A stretch of 63,628 bases of DNA, filler included, from Olpidium bornovanus S191 (Eukaryota > Fungi > Olpidiomycota): the NCBI GenBank assembly GCA_017911155.1. It is 32 parts of 32 records of this genome, joined end to end, with 100 filler letters (N's around TTAATTAATTAA, not from the genome) between each part and the next. Parts side by side here need not be neighbours in the genome. Positions count along the whole stretch, not along the records: positions 37,518 to 38,567 come from JAEFCI010008596.1; positions 38,668 to 39,889 come from JAEFCI010011176.1; positions 39,990 to 41,995 come from JAEFCI010003800.1; positions 42,096 to 43,343 come from JAEFCI010011772.1; positions 43,444 to 46,160 come from JAEFCI010005304.1; positions 46,261 to 49,265 come from JAEFCI010012662.1; 26 more parts are not named here. One strand, 5' to 3'. This document shows positions 37,643-49,205 of the stretch, piece by piece. The translations under genes and the position numbers were made by a program. Every line of letters begins with the position of its first letter. The stretch's first letter is position 1. Under the pieces are notes generated by a model. That model did not search any database. It was not told where the DNA came from and worked only from the letters and a program-made list of their open reading frames with translations.

Positions 37643-37903
37643 CAGTGAGGCGGGGTGTTGGATAATAAAGGGGTAAAATGAAGGGGGGGAGGCTGAGCCG
37701 CAGATGCGCCGCGAGCACCCAGCCCCTGTTACGCCCTGTGAATGAATGAATCCTTGGATCCCCGCTCTATTGAAATGACCCGGAAAAGAGACAGCGACGC
37801 GGCGCCCCGTATTACAGTTTGTCTTTCCGCCTTCTCCCTCACGGGCTCGTCCCGAGTTCTCGCCGCGAATGCTTTCTGCTTCCGCCTCTCCAAAAACTCA
37901 ACA
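37643..37903 (+). mobile_element. Copia-like 3' LTR (about 248 bp) with upstream polypurine tract
   Basis: CAGTGAGGCGGGG then TGTTGGA at 37656 ... TCAACA at 37903 (TGTTG/CAACA). Shares the PPT junction and an internal GCCCCG.AT.ACAGTT motif with the LTR at 37188-37384. Confidence 0.72.
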
Positions 37904-38061
37904 ACACCCGCGGAGCCACCTCCCCGGCCCCCGCCACCCGCCACCCGCCCCGCATTTTTTGCTTCCCTTCCCCACCCCGAAACGCAAACACACCCCCGTG
38001 AGAAGCGCGCGCCGGACAAAACACACACAAACAAACAATAGCCGCAGGGGACCCCCGGTGT

Positions 38062-38094
<33 letters not shown>

Positions 38095-38104
38095 CCCCCC
38101 CCCC

Positions 38105-38179
<75 letters not shown>

Positions 38180-38457
38180 GCGCCCGCGCTCGCAGAACCC
38201 CCCCCGCGCCGCTGAGCCGCTGTCGATTGGGAGAGAAGGCGACCGCGGTTCGCAACGGCGGGAAAGCCGGTCGGCGCGGTGGGAGGGAAACGGGACACCG
38301 CGTCCACGCCGTCGCGCCGCGAAAGGCCGCAGAGGACCGAAACCAACGCCGCCCGCCGCCCCTGCCGCCCTACCGCGCGGAGCCCTGACGCCCGGTTGAA
38401 TACAACACGCACACGCCTGCCATCCTGCTCGCACGCGCCCGCGCCCGCGCCCGCGCG

Positions 38458-38504
<47 letters not shown>

Positions 38505-38667
38505 CCACCAAGCACGCCACCACACCCCCCTCCCCCCCCCCCCCCGCCCCCCCCCCCCCGCGCCCCCNNNNNNNNNNNNNNNNNNNNNNNNNNNNNNNNN
38601 NNNNNNNNNNNTTAATTAATTAANNNNNNNNNNNNNNNNNNNNNNNNNNNNNNNNNNNNNNNNNNNN

Positions 38668-39696
38668 CATGTATCCGTCAACTTCCCAGTTCCACATAAT
38701 TTGATGTCCGTCAAAACAATATAACGCAAGGTCCGCACCTAAAAGGAAGGATAAAGTGCGCAAGGAGCTGGACACGACTCGAATGTATTTGCCTTCCATG
38801 TCCTCTGAGGATGTGAACCGTGGATCACCTGGAACGGTCGACCATATGGTGAATCCAGTCGCCGGCAGGACGATGGACGTTCGAATCAAAACCCAATTGC
38901 CGGTGGGCCGCCGCAAACTCACAGCACATTCTAGCCAAAAAACAAAGCCCTCTCAAACGCAAAACTAGGTGTGCAGTAACGCTGTCCAGTTGGTTCACGT
39001 ACTAAGCATCTCTGCGGTCTTCTCAAGCGCGTTTTCCCTGCTGTACTTCAGCAGCTCGGCCTGGCAAAACGCCAGGGCGTCCTTCAGCTTTCCACCGGGG
39101 AACACGCCGGCAAGGCTGTCGGTCGCGGCCTTTGCGACCTCACGATGGGTGTCGAAACGTCCGGACACCCAGGTGCCGGAGATCTCGCGCAGCATGGGCG
39201 CCACCCGGCGCCCCAGCCTGCAGGTGAGGTTGCGGTGCGCGGCGTGCGCGGCCTGACGGACGCGGCGGTCGGTATCGCCGGCGAGACGGTTGAAAAGCTT
39301 CGGCCACACCACCGCCAAGCCCGCCAGCGCGCCATCGTCGTTGCCGTCTACATAGGCGTTCAGCTCGTCCAAGGCGCGGACCTTCGTCGTCGGCGCGCGC
39401 TTGGAGAGGTTCCTCACCAGGACCACCAAGTTCGCATCGAGCTGGGTGCCCGAAACGGCCAGCGAAGTTGTCGATGAGGAGAGAAGCTGGCCCCTGTGCG
39501 GCGCAGGCGACCCCGCCGTGGAGTAGACGGCGCCCGCCGCCTCAAAAGGGTTGAACACGGCAGCGGCGCCGGCCGGCGACAGCGAAGGCGACGACGACGA
39601 CGACAACGAAGGAGCCGACGATAGCGCCTCCGCTGCGCTCGTGCTCGACGCCGGGCGCAGGTTGCCCTTGACCCTGTTCTTGCTGCCCTTGCCCAT
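38668..39696 (-). CDS. LTN1: E3 ubiquitin ligase Listerin (Ltn1/Rkr1), N-terminal domain
   Basis: MGKGSKNRVKGNLRPASS (cf. KGNxxpssS); LSKRAPTTKVRALDEL; WPKLFNRLAGDTDRRVRQAAH; W...RFDTHREVAKAA. Confidence 0.92.
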
Positions 39697-39803
39697 TGCT
39701 TTTCCGTGCGGCACACCGGAGCTGTTTCCCTTTTTGGTTTCCCCGAAAGCGCGTCGGCGGCTTCCGCTTTCCCGGAGTTTTGGGGTGAACTGCGGCAGCG
39801 GGG

Positions 39804-39851
<48 letters not shown>

Positions 39852-40149
39852 AACAGGGGGTTTCCGCAGGCAGGGGCCGCGCCGTCCGGNNNNNNNNNNN
39901 NNNNNNNNNNNNNNNNNNNNNNNNNNNNNNNNNTTAATTAATTAANNNNNNNNNNNNNNNNNNNNNNNNNNNNNNNNNNNNNNNNNNNNCATGGACCCTC
40001 CGCTTCCATTTGGCCAATCCCAGCTGGTGCTGTGAAACTATTCAGCAAAACAAATTATGCAAAAGGGGCGACCCCTCCGCGCGCGGAAATTGGGAATCGC
40101 GCGGAAAATATCAGAAGTGTTCCAGACTTGAACGGGGCCGGAGAGAATA

Positions 40150-40330
40150 ATAAACCTGCTTTGAGAGGGGCCTTTGTCATAATGTCGGCAATCATCTGCA
40201 AAATGGAAACCCGGTTTTGGTTTCAAAAACCTTTGAATAAGCTGAACTACAAAATTACCTCCATAAAAGAAAAAACCATTCCAATAGAACAGCAGAAAGC
40301 ATAGTACTTCTCTCCAGCCATGGTGGTAAA
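40150..40330 (-). mobile_element. Copia RNase H C-terminal relic
   Basis: QMIADIMTKAP (cf. qlADifTKaL) preceded, in another frame, by IYHHGWREVL (cf. IrYHfiRE); AT-rich and frameshifted. Confidence 0.55.
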
Positions 40331-40519
40331 TTTGAAAAATTACTAAAAAAAAACTACCAAAACTACCTCTTTTCACGGCACTTCATAAACCCCAAACATC
40401 ATGTTCGTCAACAGAGGTGTTTACAGTCACCGGAGGGGGAGCATCTCCCCGACCAGGTTCACCCGACCCGCGGGCTACACCATTCTGGGGACTGTGCGGA
40501 CCTCGGTGCCGTAAGTGCC

Positions 40520-40870
40520 TTGGGCAGGATTCGCAGGGCTCGCAGATGCGGAACCACAATGTCCGCAGACTCGTGTGTGGAATTCACGGATCTGCAGGAT
40601 TACCGGTTTAACGGGGATCTGCAGGACTCGCAGATCCGCAGACTCGCAAGACTAGGCAGGCTTCGCGGGAACGGGGGATGCGCGGGGAATCCGCGGGATT
40701 CTGCTGATTCGCGAGCTTCGCAGACTTTTCGGCGGGATTTCGCCGGAGAGGGCGAGATTTAGCAGGTTCGAACGGGGATTTCGCCGGTTTGCGGGATCCG
40801 CAGGCTCGGATTTTGCGGGGGATCCGCGGATTTTTTTTTTTTTTCGGGTCCGCGGAGCCGGAACTGGAGA
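40520..40870. repeat. Dense short-motif array (GGATC(C/T)GC, CTCGCAG, GCGGGA), probable DNA-transposon subterminal region
   Basis: Many interspersed copies of (T/C)CGCAG and GCGG(G)A in both orientations. Confidence 0.5.
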
Positions 40871-42367
40871 CGTGGAAGCGATACGAACTGCGGGGTTCCC
40901 CGTTTCGTTTCCGCGCATTCGGAAGCAATCGGGAGGTCGGGTGCTCGGCCGTTGCGCGTCTGGCAGCGGCTGCTGCCGGCGGGAGGCCACGGTGGTCATC
41001 CCGCTTTGACGTCATTTGCAGCAAGTGAGGCGCCTGCGCCCCTATTTTGATATTTCATCTGTGAAAAAAGCAATCGGCCGGAGGAAGCTGATCAAGGCGC
41101 GGCTGTCAGCCAGTGCTCGCCGGGTACCCGGTCGCGAATGCTGCGAGCTGATAATCGGCATCGGCGAGAAACCGAGGGTGAACAAAGAATCTCCGAGTCA
41201 GCTGGGCGCAGATTTTCGGCGGCCGTTCAAAAGAGGGTGAAAGCACGGACGGACGAGAGGAGGCCGAAAATGCGTACGAGGACGTGTGGAATGGCCTCAA
41301 GGTCATCGAAGGGGCGGCAGCAGCAGCAGCAGTCTCTCTCTCTGGTTCCTCTCTTTCTTTCTTTGTCTCTCTCTCTCTATCTCTCACATTCTCTCAGCTC
41401 TCCACCGGGCGAAGCGCTGACTCCAAAGACCTGGGAACAGGGCGGGGTCGACCGCGCAACTGCGCGGCCGGAATCAATGCTCCCGCGGTTTGATTGGCGC
41501 TACCCGTTCGTCGCTTTCGCGCTCAAGTTATATCGGCTTCTTGCGTCCTGTCCGGGCGAGCTGCTTATAAGGTTTCCCGGAACGGAGTATCAACTGAGGG
41601 CAGATGCCAGAGAAACGGGGCCGTCGGCCTAACACACATTCAGGTATCCCGAATGCCTTCCGGCTACCGGAGGCCCATCAACTTGTCGAAGACCGATGGC
41701 ATCGTTCAATCACCCCTCCATCTCCTTAACCGGCCCGCCACCCAGCAACTTTGACATCTGGATCTGCTCCTCGCGATCTTTTGACCAGCGGCCCCTTTCT
41801 CGCAGACGGATCTCGTGCTGAGCGGTCATGATTGCACGGGCCCTTTTGCTGGTTATATCCCACACTCTTCCGTCCATGGCGTCGTACGTTAATATCAGCG
41901 CTCCGACAGCCGTAAGATGCGTGAGGGCTTCGATCGGGTGTCCTGCGGATCCGGCAAGCGGCGTCGGCGACGGGAAGCGAGAAAATTACCATCAGNNNNN
42001 NNNNNNNNNNNNNNNNNNNNNNNNNNNNNNNNNNNNNNNTTAATTAATTAANNNNNNNNNNNNNNNNNNNNNNNNNNNNNNNNNNNNNNNNNNNNCATGC
42101 AAAGTCTCTAATCACGTGCACATTTTGCGCTGATCTCCGCGCTCTCCGTCTGTCTCGGCTTGCGGGCTTTCCTGTACTGCACATCCAGTACGTTGGGGAC
42201 GTCGCGGCGAGTTTCGTCGTGTGTGTTTGTGCGTCTGCTGTTCTCCCGCCGTTCTTCTCCAAAAAAAAAAAAAAAAAAAGACCGGCCCCCACGTTCCTCG
42301 GGCGACGTTCACCCCGGCCAGACATCCCCCCCCCCCACACACACACTTTCGACAAGGGTTGGCGACC

Positions 42368-43280
42368 ATGGCGTGCTCTGTCCGCCGCGCCGTCTTGCGC
42401 TTAGCTCGAGCCGGGGCGCCGCGCTACTGTGAGTTCGAAGAGGCACGCGGGAACGGGCGAGGGGAGAGAACTTTTGTGGACGGCGCTCGAAGCCGGCTCG
42501 GCGGGCGCGGACCGCGACGAGGCATATGCCCTCCCGGGATTGGAACGTCGGAGACGCAGCGGTGGGCGCGTCACGGCGCGCTCCTCTGCCACGTTTTTCG
42601 CGGTCCGCCGAGACGGCGCGATTTAAACCTAGCTGCGTTTTCTTTCTTGTTCCCTACCGCCCGTGCCCACAGCGCGAGGTTATGCTGCCCAGGCCGCGGA
42701 AAGCGGCAAGGCGGCCCTCAACGGCAAGGTGGCTCTCAACTTCGTTGTCCCTCACCAGGTATGGTTCTGGTGATCTGTTGCGCGGACTTTTTTTTTATTC
42801 GGGGTCATGAAACTGTGGCAGATTGGAAGGGGCACGCTGTCCTGTCTGTAAACGCGGCGGACCGGCGCCGGCTTCGGTCAAGCTCTCGGGTGTAATTGAC
42901 AATTGGGACATTTCCCACCTGGGCACGTGCCGACGTACGCCGGATTTGTGTTGTCGGGGGCCGCCACTGTTTGCCTCACGGGGATCGAGTTTCAGAACGC
43001 CAATCCTTCTATGTGTGCCGTGGCAAGCTGGAATGAGTGGTGCTTGGACCACGGCGTGTTCGTTTCCAGATCGTGACCTGATCCGGTCACGGGACGACCC
43101 ATTTTGCCTTGACGTACGCGCCTCGGCAGACAATCCTGAAGAGCAACAACGTCACGCAGGTGAACCTGACGGGGGTTACCGGGGCTATGGGTATCTTGGG
43201 CAACCACATCCCCATCATCGAGGAGTTGCAACCTTGCGTTGTTGAGGTCATTTGCGACGGGGAAACGAAGAAGTGGTTCG
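42368..43280 (+). CDS. ATP16: Mitochondrial ATP synthase F1 delta subunit, 3'-truncated
   Basis: Presequence MACSVRRAVLRLAR; KVALNFVVPHQ | TILKSNNVTQVNLTGVTGAMGILGNHIPIIEELQPCVVEV...KKWF. Confidence 0.92.
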
Positions 43281-43443
43281 GTACGTTGCACAGAAAAGCG
43301 TTGGCCGATCAAATACCGTTCGCGTCCAAAATTTATTGACATGNNNNNNNNNNNNNNNNNNNNNNNNNNNNNNNNNNNNNNNNNNNNTTAATTAATTAAN
43401 NNNNNNNNNNNNNNNNNNNNNNNNNNNNNNNNNNNNNNNNNNN

Positions 43444-45500
43444 CATGCTGGTCAATGTTCATCCCAAGGTGGACCAGTTTCTGAAGCGGTTCAAGCAATG
43501 GCTTCTGCCATTTGATTTGGAATCAGAGTGCCTAGAGCAATAAAATTGTCAGGACCACGGCACGTCTCGTCTCCTTGGCCGTCTGACCACGAATCAGCAG
43601 ATCGTCGATGTAGGCAAACATCGTAACACCATTGAGTCGCAGAATCTGCAGCGGGATTTTCATTGTTTTCGAAAATATGCGCGGAGCACCTGTTAGTCCA
43701 AGTAGCATTGCATTCAGTCTATAAACCTGATCGCACAAAAATATTAACAGCAGATCGCGATCTGTCGGGAAGATCGGAACATGGAGAAATGCGTCGGCGA
43801 TGTTTATTGAGATGGCGAAATTAAAATTTGGAAGTAATGCCGTTAGTGTCTTCCACGTCTGCATTCGGAAGTGAATTTTCCCGAGATGTGTGACAAGCAC
43901 GCTGTGCTGTGGCACGGCCTTCGAACCACGTGGCGCTGTGGCACGGCCTTCGAACCGCGCGGTGCCGTGGAACGGCCTTCGAACCGCCCGCCGACTGATG
44001 CCACAGAAGGCGGCAGCAGTCGACAGGCGGCAGCGGTCGGCAGGTGGCAGCAGTCGACAGGCGGCAGCGGTCGACAGGCGGCAGCGGTCGAGAGGCAGAG
44101 GCGGACGAAGGGGCGAGAGGCAGGCAAGGAGGCGGAGACAGAAACAGGATCGAGGGCAAGACAGCCCCCGGACCCGGGGGACGACCAATAGAATAATCCC
44201 CCTCGAAGCCCGCCAATCGAAGAGCTCTCTCCCCTTCCCCCCAAGCGCCACACGCCTGAGCCCCCGCCAACCATCGCTCTCCCCCCTGGGTAAATGATAC
44301 TGCCGGCACGCCGCCGCACGAAAGCTCGGAGCCCCGCGTGGTAACTGCGACCGCGCGGAAAAGGACCAGACGCACTGCGTCGACAGACGCGACGTCGGAA
44401 AACGAGCTGGCCGTCGACCTGCCCTCCGCTCGACGTCGACGGGCATAAATAGCGTCCCTTCATCTCCGTAGTTCGACTTCAACGCAGAAAATTCTCTCGT
44501 ACTTCCGACAGCTTCGAAAACTGAAGTACAACAATCCCGAACACGCAATAAAAAGTCGTTCGCTTCAACGCTTCTTGCTTTTTCGCGTGTTACAAGATGG
44601 GAGTTGACATCGCGGAAATTGCTGATCAACCGTCGTTTCCCCGATGCCTGCGTTACCGCAAACGTTGAATGAATGAAAACTCCCTGACAGGGTGCAACCC
44701 CGCCTCCGAGGTTCCTCCGCAGATGATACGACTTGGGAGCCGGAAAGATCACGCCGAGTGACGTCCAAGCCCGGCATTCCTGCTCAAGAAAGTCGATGTA
44801 GTTTGGATCAAGAGGAAACGATGTCCATCCGCGTTGGTGCCAGATTGTCCCGGGTAGACCTTTGCGGCGCGGGCTGTAGCCATCGTGGACAATCGAAAGC
44901 ATCTTTCCAGATGCTCCAATTGTTCCCCATGCTGAGACAAAATGTCGGAACTGTCCAGCGACTGGCACTGCTGGTGCCGGATTTGGAAACACCCTCTCGT
45001 AAAAAATCACGCGCCCTTCTGAATCCATCGTGATTTGGCTCGTCCGAGCTAATGCCTCCAGACATGACATAACTGTCCGGTTGTCCATGAACGGAGACAG
45101 GTCGCCATTTTGAATTTCGAAATGACCGAGGGCCCGAGACTTCGGTCTCCGGCCCGCTTGGAAGAGGATCGCGAAAACGCGAGTTAGAATCCACCGTAGT
45201 TCCAAACGGGGATTCAACATTGGAAAAAGCAGAAAAATGATTGAAACTGACACGCAGTCGCTTATTAATCCTTTTTTCCGCCTTTGTGGGCGGCTCTGGG
45301 CTTGCCGGTGTCGAGATCAAAACGCCTTGATGGAGCCCTCTCGTCGCCGGGGAGAGTAGGGCGAAGGGCGATCGATGGGACGGGGGATTGGATGGCAGGT
45401 TGCGGAACCGAACCCGCCGGGGGCTTGCGCGTAACAGAGGGGGGGTTGCGAAAGAGCAGGGCGAGGGAGAGACGGGACGCTTCTCCTTCGAAGGACGCAA
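43444..45500 (-). mobile_element. DIRS-type (tyrosine-recombinase) retrotransposon reverse transcriptase, inactivated and interrupted
   Basis: PVAGQFRHFVSAW...GASGKMLSIVHDGY; HSTFAVTQASGKRRLISNFRDVNSHL | GKIHFRMQT; ADAFLHVPI; GLTGAPRIF; FAYIDDLLI; then a stop, then ALGFQIKWQKPLLEPLQKLVHLG. YR and RNase H lie beyond the contig. Confidence 0.85.
43889..44594 (+). mobile_element. Solo LTR (706 bp) with 5-bp target-site duplication
   Basis: TGTGACA...TGTTACA termini; AGATG duplicated at 43884-43888 and 44595-44599; CATAAATA near 44445 and AATAAA near 44547; internal 29-bp (x3) and 18-bp (about x5) tandem repeats. Removing it rejoins VNSHL-GKIHFRM. Confidence 0.9.
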
Positions 45501-45763
45501 AAGAACCAGCGCGCGGACGGACGCTTCTACTCCTGGCCCGACGGCGCAGGAAAACGCTCGAAACTTAACTCCTTCGGCCCCGGGCTGCCCGACGGCAGCT
45601 TTTTGACTCCGATCCCTCCCCTCCGGATGCCCGACGGCAATTTTGACTTCGCTCTCGTTTTCTTTTTACGTTTTTGGCATTGGGGGAATTTTTTGAGCGA
45701 AGTGGTAGGAGCGTGAACGAAGAAAAGGAGAAAAAAAGGGGGGGAAATTCAAAACAAAGGGAT

Positions 45764-45865
45764 CGAAAGGGAAAAGCAATTGATTTAAGCGAAAGGGAAA
45801 AGCGGTCGATTTAAGCAAAAGGAAAAAGCGATCGATTTCGGCGAAAGGAAAGCGATCGATTTAAG
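45764..45865. repeat. 26-bp tandem repeat x4 near the 5' region of the DIRS element
   Basis: CGAAAGGGAAAAGC(A/G)(A/G)T(T/C)GATTT(A/C)(A/G)G units at 45764, 45790, 45816 and 45842. Confidence 0.88.
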
Positions 45866-46260
45866 CAAGTCGCCCCCCCCCCTATGGGAAAGGAAATCGA
45901 TGGACTCTATTTAATAGCAAGGCGTCGATCCAGCGGCAACCATTTGGGCGCCGACAACCGCCCCCTTCGCGCCAGAGCGATGGCTGAGGCGAGGCGCGAA
46001 TCAACCGTAGCCTCAAAATGGTGGCCCTTCTTCGCCCGGCATCCCGCGTAGCCCTCGTGTCCTCCTTCACGCCCCGCTTGACATGCCTCCTCTTCGAGGC
46101 TCCTCGGACGGTCGCCGTCGTCGCCGTCGTCGTCGCACGAGTTCGGTTGCACTGCTGCTCNNNNNNNNNNNNNNNNNNNNNNNNNNNNNNNNNNNNNNNN
46201 NNNNTTAATTAATTAANNNNNNNNNNNNNNNNNNNNNNNNNNNNNNNNNNNNNNNNNNNN

Positions 46261-47427
46261 GCATGGACGACCGTTTCAAGGTGATGGACCGCGCGATCGC
46301 CTTTGCAGACTTGTCGGAGGACGCCTGCAATTTTATATCCACAGAGATGCCCGGGCCTGAGCGCAAGACGGGCAAGCCAAGGCACGAGGCTAGAGATTAC
46401 GAGCTCGGCAACCTCACCATCTCGCTAATAATTTCTTCCTTCTCCGCTCTCAGCATCGCCTTTTCTTCCTCAATGGCTCGTAAATACGCCTCGTGCTGCA
46501 GCTTCTTCTCAAGTTTTTCTTGCTCCCCACGCAACCCAATCAATCTCTGTTCGTTTGCCTGTGCACACAGGGTGTTCCAAGTCAGTCTCGAATGGCGGCG
46601 CCTCTTTGTGGGTTTGTGGGAGGCCAATGAACGAGCGATTCCTACCTCTCGTATAGAGTTGGCTGCGATGAGCTCCCTGTTCTCCCGTGCGAATCGCTGT
46701 ATTCTCGCTTCCGTGTCTTCTACATCGACGCCGTTGACGAGGTTGAATGCTGTTAAAAGCAACACCAGGCATTGTGAGCGTTCTGGCGTATGAGCGAAGT
46801 TGTCAAAAACGCCACGGACATACTTATGTCTTCGACTTCCTCCAAATAATCATTATACGCCTTCAAGTCGGGAAAGTCCGTTTGCCGCTTGTTGAAGCTG
46901 CACGGCGGGCGATAGCGACAGTCAGTTCTCCGAATGATAAAACGTTCGACGGAGGACAGCGCGGACGGACACGAGCGCATCTACCGAGCGCGTTACCAGG
47001 TGCCCTCCAGGGCGGCTGCGGGTCCACCCGGAGCGGAACTGCAACGCACAATTTCTGGACCTTCTTCCGTATCCTGACCTCCTTCTCGACGACCAGGTCC
47101 TCGAAGGTCTGAGCAACAAAGTGTATCCTCCGCAAAATCTGACGGCATATCGGGCATGGCGACGGGCCGCGGCTGAACAGTCTGTCCACGCAGGACTCGC
47201 ACCTGGCGCGGCAGCATGGCGCGTCGCGACATACGGGAAAGCAGGGTAGTGAGCGGCGGTTCGCGCGGCCGTTGGGCACCACCGGGACGGCGGCCGCCAC
47301 CGTACATTTTGTGCAGGCAGGACCCGACGAGGAGCTTCATGTCTTTGTTCATGTAGCGTTCCGTCTTGCACACCGGGCACACGTCGTCGTCCCGCCGCAG
47401 CTCGTTCACGACGTTGGCAGCGGCCAT
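46261..47427 (-). CDS. TFB3: CAK assembly factor MAT1 / TFIIH subunit Tfb3, 3'-truncated
   Basis: RING CPVCKTERYMNKDMKLLVGSCLHKM | CESCVDRLFSRGPSPCPIC; FEDLVVEKEVRIRK; FNKRQTDFPDLKAYNDYLEEVEDI; FNLVNGVDV. Confidence 0.97.
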
Positions 47428-48054
47428 TGTGGGCGGGAGCAGGTGTTTCTGTGAGGAAGGCGGCGGCGAGGGGTCAGGGCGACGAGGGAGCGCCGGCGTC
47501 CGAACGGGCGGCTCGGGCTGCACCGCGCGCTGAAGCGACGACGGACCCGGGGCGGGGAAGGCAATGCAATAATTGCTGTGTGCTTAAACTGCATTGCCAA
47601 ATGTCACTTGTGGAGGGTGCGTGCACTCCTTAACTCCCGTGGGAGGGCGGGCGGGGGACTCGCGACCCAGGGCGAGGGGCTGCCAACCGCGCCACGGTGC
47701 GCGGGGGCGCCGGGTGAGGGATAAATCACGGCGAACCCGCGGGTCCCTTAGGAGCATGCGACGCCCGTTGCCGCCGCCTCGGCCGGCGGTTGCGTTGAAC
47801 GCCAGACGGCGGCGGGGAGGGGGGACGGTGGGGAGCACCCCCGGGGTTCCTCTCGTCCGGGCGGTTTCCTCTGCCTCGGTCGCTGCCCCTTCGCCGGTGG
47901 CGTTTCCCGTTTCTTCCGCCTTCCCGAATGAACGATCTGTCGGCCCGAGTCGCCGCTGCAGTCGCATCCCGCGGCCTGAGCGCTTCCGCTTATTCTTTTT
48001 TTTTTGCCGGCGGAATCAATCTGCACATTGGTCCCCCACCACCCTGCTTCCGCC

Positions 48055-49205
48055 ATGTCGGACGTCCTCTCATCCCTGCAGCGGCTGCGGGAGCTCCGGG
48101 AGCGTCAGGCGGAGGAAATGGCTAGGCTGGACGCGGCGCTGGCCGAAAAGCGGCGGGTCAGGGCGGAAGAACGTGCGGCGCTCCGCGCGGGCCCACTCCG
48201 CAGCGGTCGCAACGGCAGCAGCGACAGCCTAGTTCGTGCAGCGGAGCAAGCGCTGTCCACGAGCAGGGCCCTGAGCGAGGCTAGGATGATCGCCGTGGCA
48301 GCCAAGGAGAAGGCAATTCAGGGTGAGATCCGGGATCGAATCAGCCGCCGCGAGGACGAGAGACAGAAGGAATCGTTGAGGCGCACTGCGCTTAGGCAGC
48401 AAGAAGAGGAAAGCAGGCAGAAGAAGACGGCTAACGTGAGGGTGAAGACTGCAGCCGCTATGCCGCAACGTCGGCCGGCGCGGGGAACAGGGGGACCCGA
48501 CCGCGGCGAGAATAACGGGGGTCAACGGCGCTGAAACTGTTTTGTTTGGTGTCTTCTGTCGCCAGGGCTCGCGGCCGAAGCCGAAAGCGTACGTCAACAA
48601 GCCGGCCGAGTTGTACGGGACGGACTTCAGCCGACCGCCGGAGAACCCAGAGATCACGGCGCTGCAGCGGAGGAGATCAGAGCTGCTGCAGGATCAGCCG
48701 CAAACCCTTCAAAAATTTGAAACGCAAGGCCGGGCGTTCATCGACGCGATCGCTCGCGCAACCGGAGATCGGAGGAATTTGATGACGGTTACACAGACCG
48801 TAGATCCGGTGGCCTCCCGTAAAGATGTAGCTGGGGCGGTAGGCGAGGTCGCCGGAGAGGCTTCGGCAGCGCCGAGACCCACCAAGCCAGCGGTGCTTGT
48901 CCCCCGGCTGGCGCTGGATTATTCTGACCTGTTTGATCGGCGGGTTGGGAAAAGCGCGGGGGTAATGGTGTTCCGGATTGAGCGGCTGCGGCCGGTCGCG
49001 CTGCCGTCGGCCGCGCACGGGGCGCTCTGCGTGGCCGATTGCTACGTCGTGCTGCAAACATCTTTCGACACAGGCGGAGCTGCCAGGTGGAACATCTGGC
49101 AGTGGTGCGGGTCCAAGGCCACGCTTGACAAGCGAGCCTGCTCTGCCATGCACGCGATCAATCTTAGAAATTATCTGGGCTCGACGTCAAGGATACAGTA
49201 CGAGG
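48055..49205 (+). CDS. FLII: Flightless-I-like gelsolin-family protein, N-terminal part
   Basis: LDYSDLF...ADCYVVLQT...WNIWQWCGSKATLDKRACSAMHAINLRNYLG matches the FLII gelsolin domain 1 signature; preceded by a charged coiled-coil exon starting at ATG 48055. Confidence 0.85.

Noticed and set aside
37370-37675. Inverted repeat pair across the spacer read as the TIRs of one DNA transposon
   Set aside because: The shared sequence is PPT + TGTTGG, and each copy continues into its own TG..CA LTR. These are two retrotransposon 3' ends on different contigs.
41000-41995. Exon-like blocks (AYEDVWNGLKVIEG; FDWRYPFVAFALKLYRLL)
   Set aside because: Probably coding, but no family could be supported, so not annotated.
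43900-44095. 29-bp and 18-bp repeats as a CRISPR array
   Set aside because: Head-to-tail with no unique spacers, inside an LTR U3 region, and no cas genes.
43889-44594. In-frame RT insertion as an intein or spliceosomal intron
   Set aside because: No Cys/Ser start or His-Asn end, and no GT..AG boundaries on the RT strand; TG..CA ends with a 5-bp TSD fit an LTR.
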